A DNA stretch of 64,000 nucleotides from an uncultured Bifidobacteriaceae bacterium (GCA_964536285.1 CAZHXG010000005.1:7565-71564); one strand, 5' to 3'; counted from the first letter of the stretch, positions 40,035 through 49,989 are shown. Numbers and translations are program-made. Notes: generated from the sequence alone by a model not told the origin.

Positions 40035-42338
40035 TCACGGCTGCTGCAATGCGCGATAGAAGCGGTGCGGAAAATTGGTCGCGTTTGGATAGAAAAAATA
40101 AAAAATGTTGGTAGGCAATGTGACGCCTGGATTCGGCGGTGAAAAATTCGTCATGATGGGAGCCCAATTCGCAAAGTTGCTGCTCGCCTGCAGGACATAA
40201 TCTTTTCCCACCAGACCCGCCAGCCAGAGTTGGAGTGAATTATCGGCAAAACTGTTTATGGATTGTCTGAAAACCGGTTGGTAGGTCGGATAGAGTTGTG
40301 TTTGCGGGATGATGGCCATGGCGGTGGAAGGGCTGCTCCAGGAAAGTTGAGCCACCGCAGCACCTGTGTTTTCGTAGTATTCCATTGTGATCGGATATTT
40401 TTGTCCGGCAATCAGAGAAATCGAGCCGCTCCATTCAGTTGCCGCCTGGTCAATCCATTTGTCAACGAGCAACTGACCATTGACCCACAGGCGCACTCCG
40501 TCATCAGTCGTAGTATAGAACGTGTAGGTTTCGCTGAACTGTGGTTGTACCGCGCCCGTCCAGCGAACGGTAAAAAGGTCGGTGCCAATGGTTGGGTCGG
40601 GGGAACCGATGCCCCAATTAAAATTCACTGTCGGATCAATGCGAACCAGCGTCGGCGGATTGGTGAAAGTCGCCAGTTGATTGGAAAAATATTCGCCGGT
40701 CAGGCCGTTGGCGTTCGTTGGAAAAATTCCGAACACGCTCACGGCATATTCCACACCGACATAAACTTTGCCGTTGGCAACGGTCGGCACGGTGAATTTC
40801 ACCGCGCCACCGGGATTGTCGCGTACGCCGGCTTGATTGCTATTATAAATTTCCTGCGCGACATTGGTGGCGTTGTAAGCGTGCAAGACCGACGGGCCGT
40901 TGGTGCTGAAGGCGTGAGAATCAATTGCCCATACAATCGCATCTTTGCCGCCATTGGCTGAAACACTTGGAGTTGCACCGGGGAAACCAAATTTATTGGA
41001 GTTTTGCACCGCCGCCGGCCATGATATGAGTCCGTTGGATATTCCATATGCCTTTAATGAGTCGCTTGCACCGAGGTAATAAATTGTTTTGTTGAAATAA
41101 GCAGGCGTGGAGAAACAACTGCCGATGACACCGGCGGTGTTGATGTCTTCGACAATTTGGCTGTTGTTGGTCGGGTTGAATTGCCCCAGATTATCACGGT
41201 CAATCAGATAAATTTCTCCCTCCTTGCCCGCATCAACCAAAAGATGCGGATGCTGCAGGCTTCCCACTTCGTCAGGCAACACGATCATTCCGCCGGAGCC
41301 AAGATCGCGATCATTGGCCTCCAAAAAACTTTCATTAAAAGGTGTGAAATAATCAGCCAACGCCACGCCGTTGGTGGTAGAAAATTTTAGCAGCGTGTCA
41401 CCGTAATCGTTGCTCACGCCGTTCGTGGCATCAAACGTCCCATTGCCGGTGGATATATAAATGTTGTCGTTGGTATCGCAGGCCGGACCATCGCCCGCTT
41501 CCCAAATGCCGCCCAATTGCCCGTTTGGAGTCGAAATGAAAGCATTTGATAGAGTCAGTGTCTGTGCGTTATAAGCGAACAGCCAGCCGTGCCCACCTAT
41601 GCCGCAATGCGAGGAAAAACCGAAATAAACGAGCCCTTTGTCCAACAACAGCGCCATCCGTTGCAACTGCCTGATCGGATCAAACGGAACGTGACCCGCG
41701 CCGTCGTTTCCCGTGCCGCTGCCTGCCGCACTCGCCTGAATGACCACCGGCCCGCCAAATTTTTCCGCGCCGTTGGTGATGCTTAATGCATGCAAACGTT
41801 GGACATAATTCGTCACACCGCCAGCGACTTCGCGCGTTTTGGCCACAACGTAAATAATTTGATTAGTCGGATCAATGACCGGCGTGCTGGTGATGCCGAT
41901 TTCCGGCACAATATCAGTGCAATTGATATTGGGATCGGCGCTGGAAACCGAAGTGACGCCGCTGTTTGTATTGATGAAGCTGACCTGCCACAAAGGAACA
42001 GAACCTGCGTTGCCGTCGGCATCAAAGGCATACACGCTGTCGTGCTCGGTCGCGACAAAAAGCACATTGTGAACACCCTGACCGGGGATTGTTACATTTG
42101 TGAGGATGAGCGGCTGGGCATATACATAACCATCCACCGGATAAGTAAAAAGCAGTCCAAAGCTGTTGGTTTTGACGTTGGACAAATTCAATACTGTTTC
42201 GTTCGTGTTCTGACCCGTGCGGGCATTGTTGTTGTGATAAGTCAAAACGCTGACACCCGCTGAAACATGAAGACTCGTCACGGCAAGCAAGATTGCCGTC
42301 CACAAAACTCCAAGAGCGCGCTTTTGATGCATTGCCAT
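40035..42338 (-). CDS. Secreted beta-propeller (PQQ/BamB-like repeat) protein with PA14 domain
   Basis: 767 aa with a signal peptide. The N-terminal region (VLTYHNNNARTGQNTNETVL...) is typical of PQQ-like propeller exoproteins. The PA14 block is GLTGEYFSN...FNWG...FTVRWTGAVQPQFSETYTFYTTTDDGVRLWVNGQLLVDKW. Confidence 0.8.
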   Translation of the reverse strand: MAMHQKRALGVLWTAILLAVTSLHVSAGVSVLTYHNNNARTGQNTNETVLNLSNVKTNSFGLLFTYPVDGYVYAQPLILTNVTIPGQGVHNVLFVATEHDSVYAFDADGNAGSVPLWQVSFINTNSGVTSVSSADPNINCTDIVPEIGITSTPVIDPTNQIIYVVAKTREVAGGVTNYVQRLHALSITNGAEKFGGPVVIQASAAGSGTGNDGAGHVPFDPIRQLQRMALLLDKGLVYFGFSSHCGIGGHGWLFAYNAQTLTLSNAFISTPNGQLGGIWEAGDGPACDTNDNIYISTGNGTFDATNGVSNDYGDTLLKFSTTNGVALADYFTPFNESFLEANDRDLGSGGMIVLPDEVGSLQHPHLLVDAGKEGEIYLIDRDNLGQFNPTNNSQIVEDINTAGVIGSCFSTPAYFNKTIYYLGASDSLKAYGISNGLISWPAAVQNSNKFGFPGATPSVSANGGKDAIVWAIDSHAFSTNGPSVLHAYNATNVAQEIYNSNQAGVRDNPGGAVKFTVPTVANGKVYVGVEYAVSVFGIFPTNANGLTGEYFSNQLATFTNPPTLVRIDPTVNFNWGIGSPDPTIGTDLFTVRWTGAVQPQFSETYTFYTTTDDGVRLWVNGQLLVDKWIDQAATEWSGSISLIAGQKYPITMEYYENTGAAVAQLSWSSPSTAMAIIPQTQLYPTYQPVFRQSINSFADNSLQLWLAGLVGKDYVLQASSNFANWAPIMTNFSPPNPGVTLPTNIFYFFYPNATNFPHRFYRALQQP

Positions 42339-42522
42339 ACAAAAAACGGAAGCTTACAGCAGTTTTAGTTCCTGTTATGGAAACAACCGGTTTTCATCCT
42401 GATTATCAGATATTCCGAGTGTTTATCTTCAGCCATGATTCCTTATAAGGCAAACAAAATGTTAAGATTCAAGCAGCCTGCCGGACTTGCGTTTGCGTGG
42501 GTTTCCGTCAAAATGACCGCCA

Positions 42523-43965
42523 ATGGACTGGCTCGACAAACTTTCCCAGTTCTGGCCGCATCTGGCTGCAGGCTTCGACTTTCTCGCCGCCGCGTTCGCT
42601 TCCGTTCACGCCCTGCTCCAAAAACGCGATTCCCGCGCCGCCACGCTTTGGCTGGGCATCATCTGGTTTTTGCCTTTGTTCGGACCGATCCTTTATCTCT
42701 CGCTCGGCGTCAACCGCATCCGGCGACGGGCAATTTCGCTCGGCGTCCACAAAACTTTCAGCCGCCCGATTCCTGAAAATCTTGGCGAACCGCAGCACGA
42801 CGGTGCCGAACATCTCAAAATGGTTGCGCGCGTCGTGAGTCGCGTCGTCGCGCAGCCGCTCACCGCCGGAAACAAAATCCAACCGCTCGTCAACGGCGAT
42901 GAAGCTTTTCCCGCAATGCTCGCGGCAATCGAGTCCGCAAAAAAATCCGTCACGCTCTGCACTTACATTTTCGACAATGACCCGAGCGGCAAAAAATTCG
43001 TCGAAGCGCTCGCGCGCGCCGTCGAACGCCGGCTCGAAGTCCGCGTCTTGATTGACGCCGCCGGCACGCGTTACTCGTGGCCACCCATCACTTACAAATT
43101 GAGACATGCAAAAATTCCGCACGCAAAATTTCTGCCCGCGTCCGTCTTCACGCCCTGGCGCGTGGCGACCATCAATCTCCGCAACCACCGCAAGGTGCTC
43201 ATCGTTGACGGAAAAATCGCGTTCACCGGCGGCATGAACATCCGTCAAGGTAACATGGTCGCCGCAAAGCCAAAAAGTCCCGTTCAAGATTTGCACTTTA
43301 GCGTCGAAGGTCCGGTCATCGCGGAATTGCAGGAAGCGTTCGCCAATGACTGGGCCTTCGCCACCGGCGAAATTCTCGACGGCGAATTGTGGCTCCCGAA
43401 ATTGTCCGGCTGTGGAAACGTCATCGCCCGCGCCATCACCGATGGACCGGACGCCGACTACGACAAATTGCGATTAACTCTGCTCGCCGCGTTGACCGAG
43501 GCGCAAACGTCCGTGCAAATCCTTACGCCATATTTTTTGCCGGATAACGCGCTCATCACCGCGCTCAATCTCGCCTCGCTCCGCGGCGTACGCGTGGACA
43601 TCGTTCTTCCCTTAAAAAATAATCTGCCACCCGTCCATTGGGCATCGCGTGCCATGTGGTGGCAGGTGCTCGAACGCGGCTGCCGCATCTGGCTCACGCC
43701 GCCGCCGTTTGACCATTCGAAGCTGATGATCGTTGACGGCCATTGGGTTTCGTTCGGCTCGGCGAACTGGGACGCGCGCAGCCTCCGGTTGAATTTTGAA
43801 TTGAACGTCGAATGTTACGGGCGCGATTTCGCAAACGACATGAGGAGGATCATCGAGAAAAAACTTTCCACCGCACACGAAGTGACTCTGGCCGAAGTGG
43901 ACGCAAGAAATTTCCCGACAAAATTGCGCGACGCCATCGCGCGATTATTTTCACCTTACTTGTAA
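42523..43965 (+). CDS. cls: Cardiolipin synthase (PLD superfamily)
   Basis: 480 aa with two N-terminal TM helices and two HKD motifs (NHRKVLIVDGKIAFTGGMN; DHSKLMIVDGHWVSFGSANWD). Confidence 0.9.
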   Translation: MDWLDKLSQFWPHLAAGFDFLAAAFASVHALLQKRDSRAATLWLGIIWFLPLFGPILYLSLGVNRIRRRAISLGVHKTFSRPIPENLGEPQHDGAEHLKMVARVVSRVVAQPLTAGNKIQPLVNGDEAFPAMLAAIESAKKSVTLCTYIFDNDPSGKKFVEALARAVERRLEVRVLIDAAGTRYSWPPITYKLRHAKIPHAKFLPASVFTPWRVATINLRNHRKVLIVDGKIAFTGGMNIRQGNMVAAKPKSPVQDLHFSVEGPVIAELQEAFANDWAFATGEILDGELWLPKLSGCGNVIARAITDGPDADYDKLRLTLLAALTEAQTSVQILTPYFLPDNALITALNLASLRGVRVDIVLPLKNNLPPVHWASRAMWWQVLERGCRIWLTPPPFDHSKLMIVDGHWVSFGSANWDARSLRLNFELNVECYGRDFANDMRRIIEKKLSTAHEVTLAEVDARNFPTKLRDAIARLFSPYL

Positions 43966-43968
43966 TTT

Positions 43969-44913
43969 ATGAAAACCTTTGACAGCCTGACTGAACAGGA
44001 AGTTCTCGCGCTTGCCATTTCACTCGAAGAAGAAGATGCACGCATCTACGAAGATTTCGCCGACGGCTTGCAAGAAAATTATCCGGAGCAGGCGAAAAAA
44101 TTTCGCGAGATGCGACATGACGAAGACGGTCATCGCCACCGACTACTGGAACATTACAAGCAACGTTTCGGAGATCACGTGCCGCTCATCCGACGACAGG
44201 ACGTGCGCGGTTTCGTCAACCGCCGCTCCGTCTGGCTCGTGCGACCGCTCGGTCTGAAGGCCGTCCAAAAAACCGCCGAGAGCATGGAAGTCGAAACGCG
44301 GCGATTTTACGAAGTCGCCGCGCGCCGGACGCAGGACGCCGGCATCCGCCAGTTGCTTGGCGACCTTGCGGAAGAGGAGCGCAATCACGCACACATCGCC
44401 GAACAAATCGCGCGGACAAAATTGAGCGAAGACGAAAAATCACGGGCAAAACGGCTTTTTCTTCTGCAAGTCGTCCAACCGGGACTGGCTGGTTTAATGG
44501 ACGGCTCGGTCTCGACGCTTGCTCCACTCTTCGCCGCTGCATTTGCCACGCACAACAGTTGGGAAACTTTTCTCGTCGGACTCGCTGCGAGCGTCGGCGC
44601 GGGCATCAGCATGGGATTTGCCGAGGCGTTGTCTGACGACGGCAGCCTGACCGGGCGCGGACATCCGTGGGCGCGCGGTTTCGTTTGCGGCGCGATGACC
44701 GCGCTTGGGGGCATTGGCCACACACTGCCGTTTTTGATTTCAAACCTGCACATCGCCGTTTCAATCGCCGTCGCCGTGGTGCTGGTGGAATTGAGTGTCA
44801 TTTCTTGGATTCGACACAGATTCATGGACACGCCGCTCGTGTCCGCGTTGCTGCAAGTCGCGCTTGGCGGCGCACTCGTCTTTCTGGCGGGAATCTTGAT
44901 TGGCAATTCGTGA
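43969..44913 (+). CDS. Erythrin/ferritin-like domain fused to a VIT1/CCC1 iron-transporter domain (MbfA-like)
   Basis: 314 aa. The N-terminal di-iron four-helix motifs are EEEDARIYEDFA...DEDGHRHRL and VETRRFYE...EEERNHAHI. The C-terminal part is a glycine-rich 5-TM VIT domain. Confidence 0.82.
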   Translation: MKTFDSLTEQEVLALAISLEEEDARIYEDFADGLQENYPEQAKKFREMRHDEDGHRHRLLEHYKQRFGDHVPLIRRQDVRGFVNRRSVWLVRPLGLKAVQKTAESMEVETRRFYEVAARRTQDAGIRQLLGDLAEEERNHAHIAEQIARTKLSEDEKSRAKRLFLLQVVQPGLAGLMDGSVSTLAPLFAAAFATHNSWETFLVGLAASVGAGISMGFAEALSDDGSLTGRGHPWARGFVCGAMTALGGIGHTLPFLISNLHIAVSIAVAVVLVELSVISWIRHRFMDTPLVSALLQVALGGALVFLAGILIGNS

Positions 44914-44980
44914 ATATAATTTTGATTTCGCAAACGAATTTTGTTTTGGCAAGCGCCCCATTCACGGATTAACTGATGCC

Positions 44981-46357
44981 ATGCAAGTCATTCTCGATTA
45001 TCTGAAACGCAACCAAACCCGCTTCGTGGCCGAGTTGTGCGATTACCTCCGCTTCGCCAGCGTCTCCGCGCAGCCGCAACACAAAAAGGATTTGCGCGCC
45101 TGCGCCGAATGGCTCGTGAACCATTGCCGCAAAATCGGACTCGACGCAAAAATCTGTCCCACCGCCGGTCATCCCATCGTCGTCGCCAAAACGCCGCGAG
45201 AAAAAAAATCCCGCAAGCCTCACTTCATGATTTACGGCCACTACGACGTGCAGCCGCCGGAACCGCTCGACTTGTGGAAATCGCCGCCGTTCGAGCCGCG
45301 CATTCAAGGCCGTTCGATTTTTGCGCGCGGCTCAACCGACAACAAAGGACAGAACTTCGCGCATTTGAAAGCGGTCGAGGCTTATTTGAAAACCGGAACT
45401 CCCCTGCCCTGCGATTTGACTTTCGTCATCGAAGGCGAAGAAGAGGTCGGCAGCGAGAACCTTGCAAAATTTCTCAAATCGCATCGCGCGGAACTGAAAT
45501 GCGATGCCGTCGTCGTCTCGGACACGGGAATGCCCAGTCCGAAACATCCCGCGCTCACCTACGCGCTGCGCGGCATCATCGCATTCGAAATCAAATTGCA
45601 CGGGCCGTCACGCGACCTGCACTCCGGCGTTTTTGGCGGCGCGGTGGAAAATCCCGCGATGGCTCTCGCACAATTACTCGCGAAACTTCGCGATGCAAAG
45701 GGAAAAGTTTCCATTCCGCATTTTTATGACGACGTCGCGCCGCTTTCAGCTTACGAACGGAAACAATTTGCGCGCCTACCAATCAAGGATGCTCAACTGC
45801 AAAAACTGCTCGGCGTAAAAAAACTGTTCGGCGAACGGGGTTTCACGCCAACCGAACAACGCAGCGCGCGTCCGACGTTTGAAATCAACGGCCTGACGAG
45901 CGGCTATCAGGGCAATGGCAACAAAACCATCGTGCCCGCGTGGGCGAGCACAAAAATCACTTGCCGCCTCGTGCCAAACCAAAGGCCATCGCACATCCGC
46001 AAACTCGTCTGCGATTATCTCAAAAAAATCTGTCCGCCGACGGTGCGATTGGAAATCGAAGCCGGTCACGGCGCGGAAGCGTATCTCGTTTCACCGACGA
46101 GCAAGCAGGCGCAGGCGGCGTTGCACGCTTTGGAAAAAGCTTTTGGCTGCAAACCGGTTTTGATGCGCGAGGGCGGCTCGATTCCGATTGTGAACGATTT
46201 CAAAAAAATTCTCGGTTCGGATTCTTTGCTGCTCGGCTTGGGTTTGCCGGACGACAACGCCCATTCGCCCAACGAAAAATTCAACCTCGATTGCTTCGCC
46301 AAAGGTCAATTGATGAGCGCGCACTTGTGGCAGGAGTTAAGTCTTCCACTCACTTAA
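44981..46357 (+). CDS. M20-family metallopeptidase/dipeptidase
   Basis: M20 motifs HYDVQP, GSTDNKGQ, EGEEEVGS and a C-terminal HSPNE. The track start (44900) is a TTG overlapping the previous gene; the ATG at 44981 (MQVILDYLKRN) is preferred. Confidence 0.82.
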   Translation: MQVILDYLKRNQTRFVAELCDYLRFASVSAQPQHKKDLRACAEWLVNHCRKIGLDAKICPTAGHPIVVAKTPREKKSRKPHFMIYGHYDVQPPEPLDLWKSPPFEPRIQGRSIFARGSTDNKGQNFAHLKAVEAYLKTGTPLPCDLTFVIEGEEEVGSENLAKFLKSHRAELKCDAVVVSDTGMPSPKHPALTYALRGIIAFEIKLHGPSRDLHSGVFGGAVENPAMALAQLLAKLRDAKGKVSIPHFYDDVAPLSAYERKQFARLPIKDAQLQKLLGVKKLFGERGFTPTEQRSARPTFEINGLTSGYQGNGNKTIVPAWASTKITCRLVPNQRPSHIRKLVCDYLKKICPPTVRLEIEAGHGAEAYLVSPTSKQAQAALHALEKAFGCKPVLMREGGSIPIVNDFKKILGSDSLLLGLGLPDDNAHSPNEKFNLDCFAKGQLMSAHLWQELSLPLT

Positions 46358-46909
46358 TACCACGCGCAATTGTTCGAGCGGCAGGCCGACGACGTTGCTG
46401 TAAGAGCCAGAAATCTCCGCGACAATCTTGTCACCGTGTTCCTGAATCGCGTAAGCGCCCGCCTTGTCCAGTGGATTCATTTTTGAAAGATAGTCGCTGA
46501 TTTGTCCGGCCGTGAGCGGACGAAACTTCACGTCCGTGCTGACGGCAAAAATGCGTTCACGATGCGCCCGCAAATGCATCAGGCAAACGCCGGTGACGAC
46601 CTGGTGCGTCCGGCCTTGAAGTTTCGCCAACATGCGTCTCGCGTCCGCAAAGTCGCGCGGTTTGCCGAAAATTTCTCGCTCCAAAAAAACCAGCGTGTCC
46701 GCGCCGAGCGCGAGCGCGTCGGGAAATTTTTTAGCCACAGCGCGTGTTTTGCGGTGCGCGTTGAGCTGGCAAAGTTCGAGCGGCGACAGTTGCTCGTCGA
46801 AAATTTCCCCTGCATCACTCGGCAGGATTTCAAAATTCGGCTGCAATTGCCGCAACAGTTCCGCGCGGCGCGGCGACGCGGAAGCAAGGATGAGAGGCGG
46901 CAGCTTCAC
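46337..46909 (-). CDS. maf: Maf-like nucleoside triphosphate pyrophosphatase
   Basis: 190 aa, LILASASPRRAELL...GADTLV...GKP...AGAYAIQ. GTG start. Confidence 0.9.
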   Translation of the reverse strand: MKLPPLILASASPRRAELLRQLQPNFEILPSDAGEIFDEQLSPLELCQLNAHRKTRAVAKKFPDALALGADTLVFLEREIFGKPRDFADARRMLAKLQGRTHQVVTGVCLMHLRAHRERIFAVSTDVKFRPLTAGQISDYLSKMNPLDKAGAYAIQEHGDKIVAEISGSYSNVVGLPLEQLRVVLSEWKT

Positions 46910-46998
46910 GTGGAAAATCTAGCCATAGACGGCGGATTGTCGAGCGAAGGAATAATTTGAAGCGTGCGCTGAAATCAGATTTCGGTTAATCCGTTGGC

Positions 46999-47535
46999 GT
47001 GCAAAGCGACCGCCGCATCGTTAATCTCGCGCTCATCGGTTTCATGGGCACCGGCAAGACTTCCGTCGGACGGCTCGTCGCGGAACAACTGCGTTTCGAT
47101 TATGTGGACACGGACGATATGATTCAGACGGCCACAGGACGCACCATCAACGATATTTTCAAGACGGATGGTGAACCGGCCTTTCGCACGCTTGAAGAAA
47201 AAATTGTTGCCGAATTTGTGAATCGCACAAAAACAGTCATTGCCACCGGCGGCGGCTCGCCGACGAATCCGAAAAATCTCGCAAGCCTCAAGAAGCATGC
47301 GCTGGTCGTCTGCCTTTGGTCTTCACCGGAAAAAATCTGGGAACGTGTCAAAAACCAGACGCACCGTCCCCTGCTCCACGATGCCGATCCGCAGAAAAAA
47401 ATCCGCGAACTGCTCGCCGCGCGCGAACCGTTTTACAAGCAGGCCGATGTGCTGCTCAACACGGACATCCGTTCCGTCCGCGAAGTCGCGCAACAAGTCG
47501 TCCATCAATTTCGTCTTGCAACGTCCAGCCGCTGA
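46999..47535 (+). CDS. aroK: Shikimate kinase
   Basis: 178 aa with P-loop LIGFMGTGKTSVGRLVA, DTD, and GGGSP. GTG start. Confidence 0.9.
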   Translation: MQSDRRIVNLALIGFMGTGKTSVGRLVAEQLRFDYVDTDDMIQTATGRTINDIFKTDGEPAFRTLEEKIVAEFVNRTKTVIATGGGSPTNPKNLASLKKHALVVCLWSSPEKIWERVKNQTHRPLLHDADPQKKIRELLAAREPFYKQADVLLNTDIRSVREVAQQVVHQFRLATSSR

Positions 47536-48566
47536 TGAAAGAAAAAATCCGCCAGCGCGCGCTCGCACTGGGCTTCGACGACTGCCGCTTCACTTCCGCC
47601 AGCGCGCCCGCAAGCGCAAAACGATTTCAAAACTGGCTCGCGAAAAAAAATCACGGCGAAATGGACTGGCTCGAGCGGAATTCCGAAAAGCGGGTCGAAC
47701 CGCAGAATGTTCTGACAAATGCAAAGAGCGTCATCGTTCTGGCGGCGAGTTACGAAAATCTCAACTCAAAATCAAAAATCAAAAATCAAAAATCCGGCAT
47801 TGTCGCCCGGTATGCGCAATTCGACGATTATCACGAAATACTTGGCGCTAAATTAAGATTGCTGGCGCGGTTTGTTGACGAGCTCGGCGGCGCAAATTCA
47901 CGCTCCCTTTGGTATGTGGACACCGGGCCGCTGCTGGAGCGCGATTTAGCTCAACGCGGGGGCATCGGTTTTGTCGGCAAACACACAAACCTAATCAGCC
48001 GCAAACTTGGCAACTGGATTTTTCTCGCGGAGATTTTAACGACACTGGAACTCGAACCCGACCCGCCGGAAAAAAATCATTGCGGCAAATGTTCACGCTG
48101 CATTTCGGCCTGTCCAACCGAAGCTATCACCGCGCCGTTTCAACTCGACGCGCGCAAATGCATTTCTTATTTGACGATTGAACTTAAAGGCTCGATCCCA
48201 ATCGAGTTTCGCAAGGCCATCGGTAATCGCATTTACGGCTGCGATGATTGCCTCGCCGTTTGTCCGTGGAATCGTTTCGCACATGAAGGAAAACTGATGA
48301 AACAACACGCACGAGCGGATTTGAATTCACCGGATTTGATTGAGCTGCTTTCACTCGATGAAAAACAATTCAAATCACGGTTCGCCGGTTCGCCGATTTT
48401 GCGAACAAAACGTCGTGGATTTTTGAGAAATGTCTGTGTCGCGCTGGGAAATGTCGGCGATGAATCCGCGTTGCCCGCTTTGGAAAAATCCGAGAGAGAT
48501 TCCGAGCCTTTAATCGCCGACCACGCACTCTGGGCGATTTCAGAAATCGAATCGCGACGGAAATAA
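47535..48566 (+). CDS. queG: Epoxyqueuosine reductase
   Basis: Collinear with E. coli QueG as I remember it (HGEMDWL, YAQFDDYH, CGKCSRCISACPT, ARKCISYLTIELKG, IYGCDDCLAVCPWNRF, HEAT-like C-terminus). The track ORF is extended upstream over aroK; the ATG at 47535 overlaps the aroK stop (TGATG). Confidence 0.9.
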   Translation: MKEKIRQRALALGFDDCRFTSASAPASAKRFQNWLAKKNHGEMDWLERNSEKRVEPQNVLTNAKSVIVLAASYENLNSKSKIKNQKSGIVARYAQFDDYHEILGAKLRLLARFVDELGGANSRSLWYVDTGPLLERDLAQRGGIGFVGKHTNLISRKLGNWIFLAEILTTLELEPDPPEKNHCGKCSRCISACPTEAITAPFQLDARKCISYLTIELKGSIPIEFRKAIGNRIYGCDDCLAVCPWNRFAHEGKLMKQHARADLNSPDLIELLSLDEKQFKSRFAGSPILRTKRRGFLRNVCVALGNVGDESALPALEKSERDSEPLIADHALWAISEIESRRK

Positions 48567-48567
48567 C

Positions 48568-49173
48568 TTATTCAGGAATTGTTTTCAATTGCTGCTCGCC
48601 ATTGATCGCCGGTTTGCCGGCTACACCGGCGCGAACGGCCTTCAAGTCGTCGGCAGTGACTGCGCTGACGTTGTTTCCCCATGAACTGCGAATGTAAGTC
48701 AGGACGGCGGCAAGGTCGGCATCCGACAAAGCCGCACCCATCGCCGCCATCGAGGCGTTCCATTCCTGTCCTTTGACATGAACCGTCCCATTGAGTCCAT
48801 CCAGCGGAATCTGTGCAAGCCGCTTAAAATCTTTTTCATTGACCCATTCCGAACCGGCCAGCGGAGGAAATTGACCAGGCTTTCCCAATCCATCCGTTCC
48901 GTGACATATACCGCAAACGGTCTCGTAAGTTTTCCTGCCTTGCGCGAGCAATGCCGCCGCGCCGGATTTCGGCTGATACGAATCCAATTCCTCCGCCGAT
49001 GAATAAGGCCCGTAAACTTTCGCGTCGAACCAGCCGCCGTGATGGTCAAAATAAACCGCGCCGAGAAAAATCAACACAAGCGTCAGCGAAAAAATCCACA
49101 TCGGCACGGTCGAGCGCGTCGCCGTCGGTTCGGCGTCGGGCGTGGGGGAACAAGATTTTATTTCGTCGCTCAT
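48568..49173 (-). CDS. Membrane-anchored monoheme c-type cytochrome (CcoP position)
   Basis: 201 aa with one N-terminal TM helix and a single CGICH heme motif in a class-I fold (FPPLAGSEWV...NASMAAMG). Last gene of the respiratory operon. Confidence 0.8.
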   Translation of the reverse strand: MSDEIKSCSPTPDAEPTATRSTVPMWIFSLTLVLIFLGAVYFDHHGGWFDAKVYGPYSSAEELDSYQPKSGAAALLAQGRKTYETVCGICHGTDGLGKPGQFPPLAGSEWVNEKDFKRLAQIPLDGLNGTVHVKGQEWNASMAAMGAALSDADLAAVLTYIRSSWGNNVSAVTADDLKAVRAGVAGKPAINGEQQLKTIPE

Positions 49174-49176
49174 TTT

Positions 49177-49989
49177 TTATTTGGCCGGGGCGTTCGTCGA
49201 GACTTGCAGCGGCGTGAACGGCGCTTCATACAGCGGCACGTCTTGACGCAGGCTCAACAGATACGCCGCGAGATTTTTTGCGTCGTCTGTAGGAACTACT
49301 TCGTAACCGGCGGGCGGCGCAAATACTTTCGGCAATTGCAAAGCGTCCGGTGAAGGCACGTCGCCGATTTTTTTTGATTCAAAAAGAAAATGGAACGGCG
49401 GCATCGCGGAATTTTTCACGACGCTTCGCGGTGCGTAAAGATGGAGCAACTGCCAGTTTGCATTACTCAAACGCGTGCCGACATCTGCCAAGTCCGGCCC
49501 GACGCGAATGCCGCCAAGCTGGACGGGCGAGTCGTAAAGATAATCCGCCGCGACGCTGCGTCGAACACCCCAACCGCGCGCGATGTCCGCGCCGGTTGCG
49601 ACAATGTGAATTTCAACTTTGCCGCCGGCAGCCGTGATCTTGTCGGAATCGCCGTCAGCTTGTTCCTTCGTCAGTCCGGTCAATTTCAAAGTGGAAATTA
49701 AATTTGAGACCGCCGATGGATTTTTTCCCGCGCCTGTCAAAATCACATCGCAAACAACGCCGTCTTGCTGAATTTGTTCCGTGTGACAAGCCGCACAGCC
49801 GTTCGCGCGATAAACTTGCAAACCAAGAGTCGCATCGCCGGTCCGTTGAATCGGATAAAGGTCGGAGGAATTAAGCACGGTCGTCTGTTTCGCCGTGCTC
49901 AGTTGCACCGCAGGCGCGAGCACAAAACCGCACCACGAAGCGCCAAGCGCGATGAAGGCCGCTATGAAAACTCCAAAGCCGTTTTTCAC
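49177..49989 (-). CDS. CcoO (FixO)-like monoheme cytochrome c subunit with internal insertion
   Basis: 270 aa with an N-terminal TM helix, CAACH heme motif and CcoO blocks (RVGPDLADVGTRLSNANWQLLHLYAPRSVVKNSAMPPF). The GTG start overlaps the upstream stop (GTGA). Confidence 0.8.
   Translation of the reverse strand: MKNGFGVFIAAFIALGASWCGFVLAPAVQLSTAKQTTVLNSSDLYPIQRTGDATLGLQVYRANGCAACHTEQIQQDGVVCDVILTGAGKNPSAVSNLISTLKLTGLTKEQADGDSDKITAAGGKVEIHIVATGADIARGWGVRRSVAADYLYDSPVQLGGIRVGPDLADVGTRLSNANWQLLHLYAPRSVVKNSAMPPFHFLFESKKIGDVPSPDALQLPKVFAPPAGYEVVPTDDAKNLAAYLLSLRQDVPLYEAPFTPLQVSTNAPAK

Noticed and set aside
47316-47534. An upstream extension of the queG ORF overlapping aroK in another frame.
   Set aside because: The extension is Arg/Pro-rich and unlike QueG. 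The ATG at 47535 overlaps the aroK stop and starts the conserved MKEKIRQRALALGFDDCRF sequence.
47767-47793. A heptanucleotide microsatellite, (CAAAAAT)x3 plus a partial unit, inside queG, considered as a possible slipped-strand phase-variation tract.
   Set aside because: There are only about 3.8 units. It encodes a loop (SKSKIKNQKS) that aligns without a length change to the equivalent E. coli QueG segment. queG is not a typical contingency gene.
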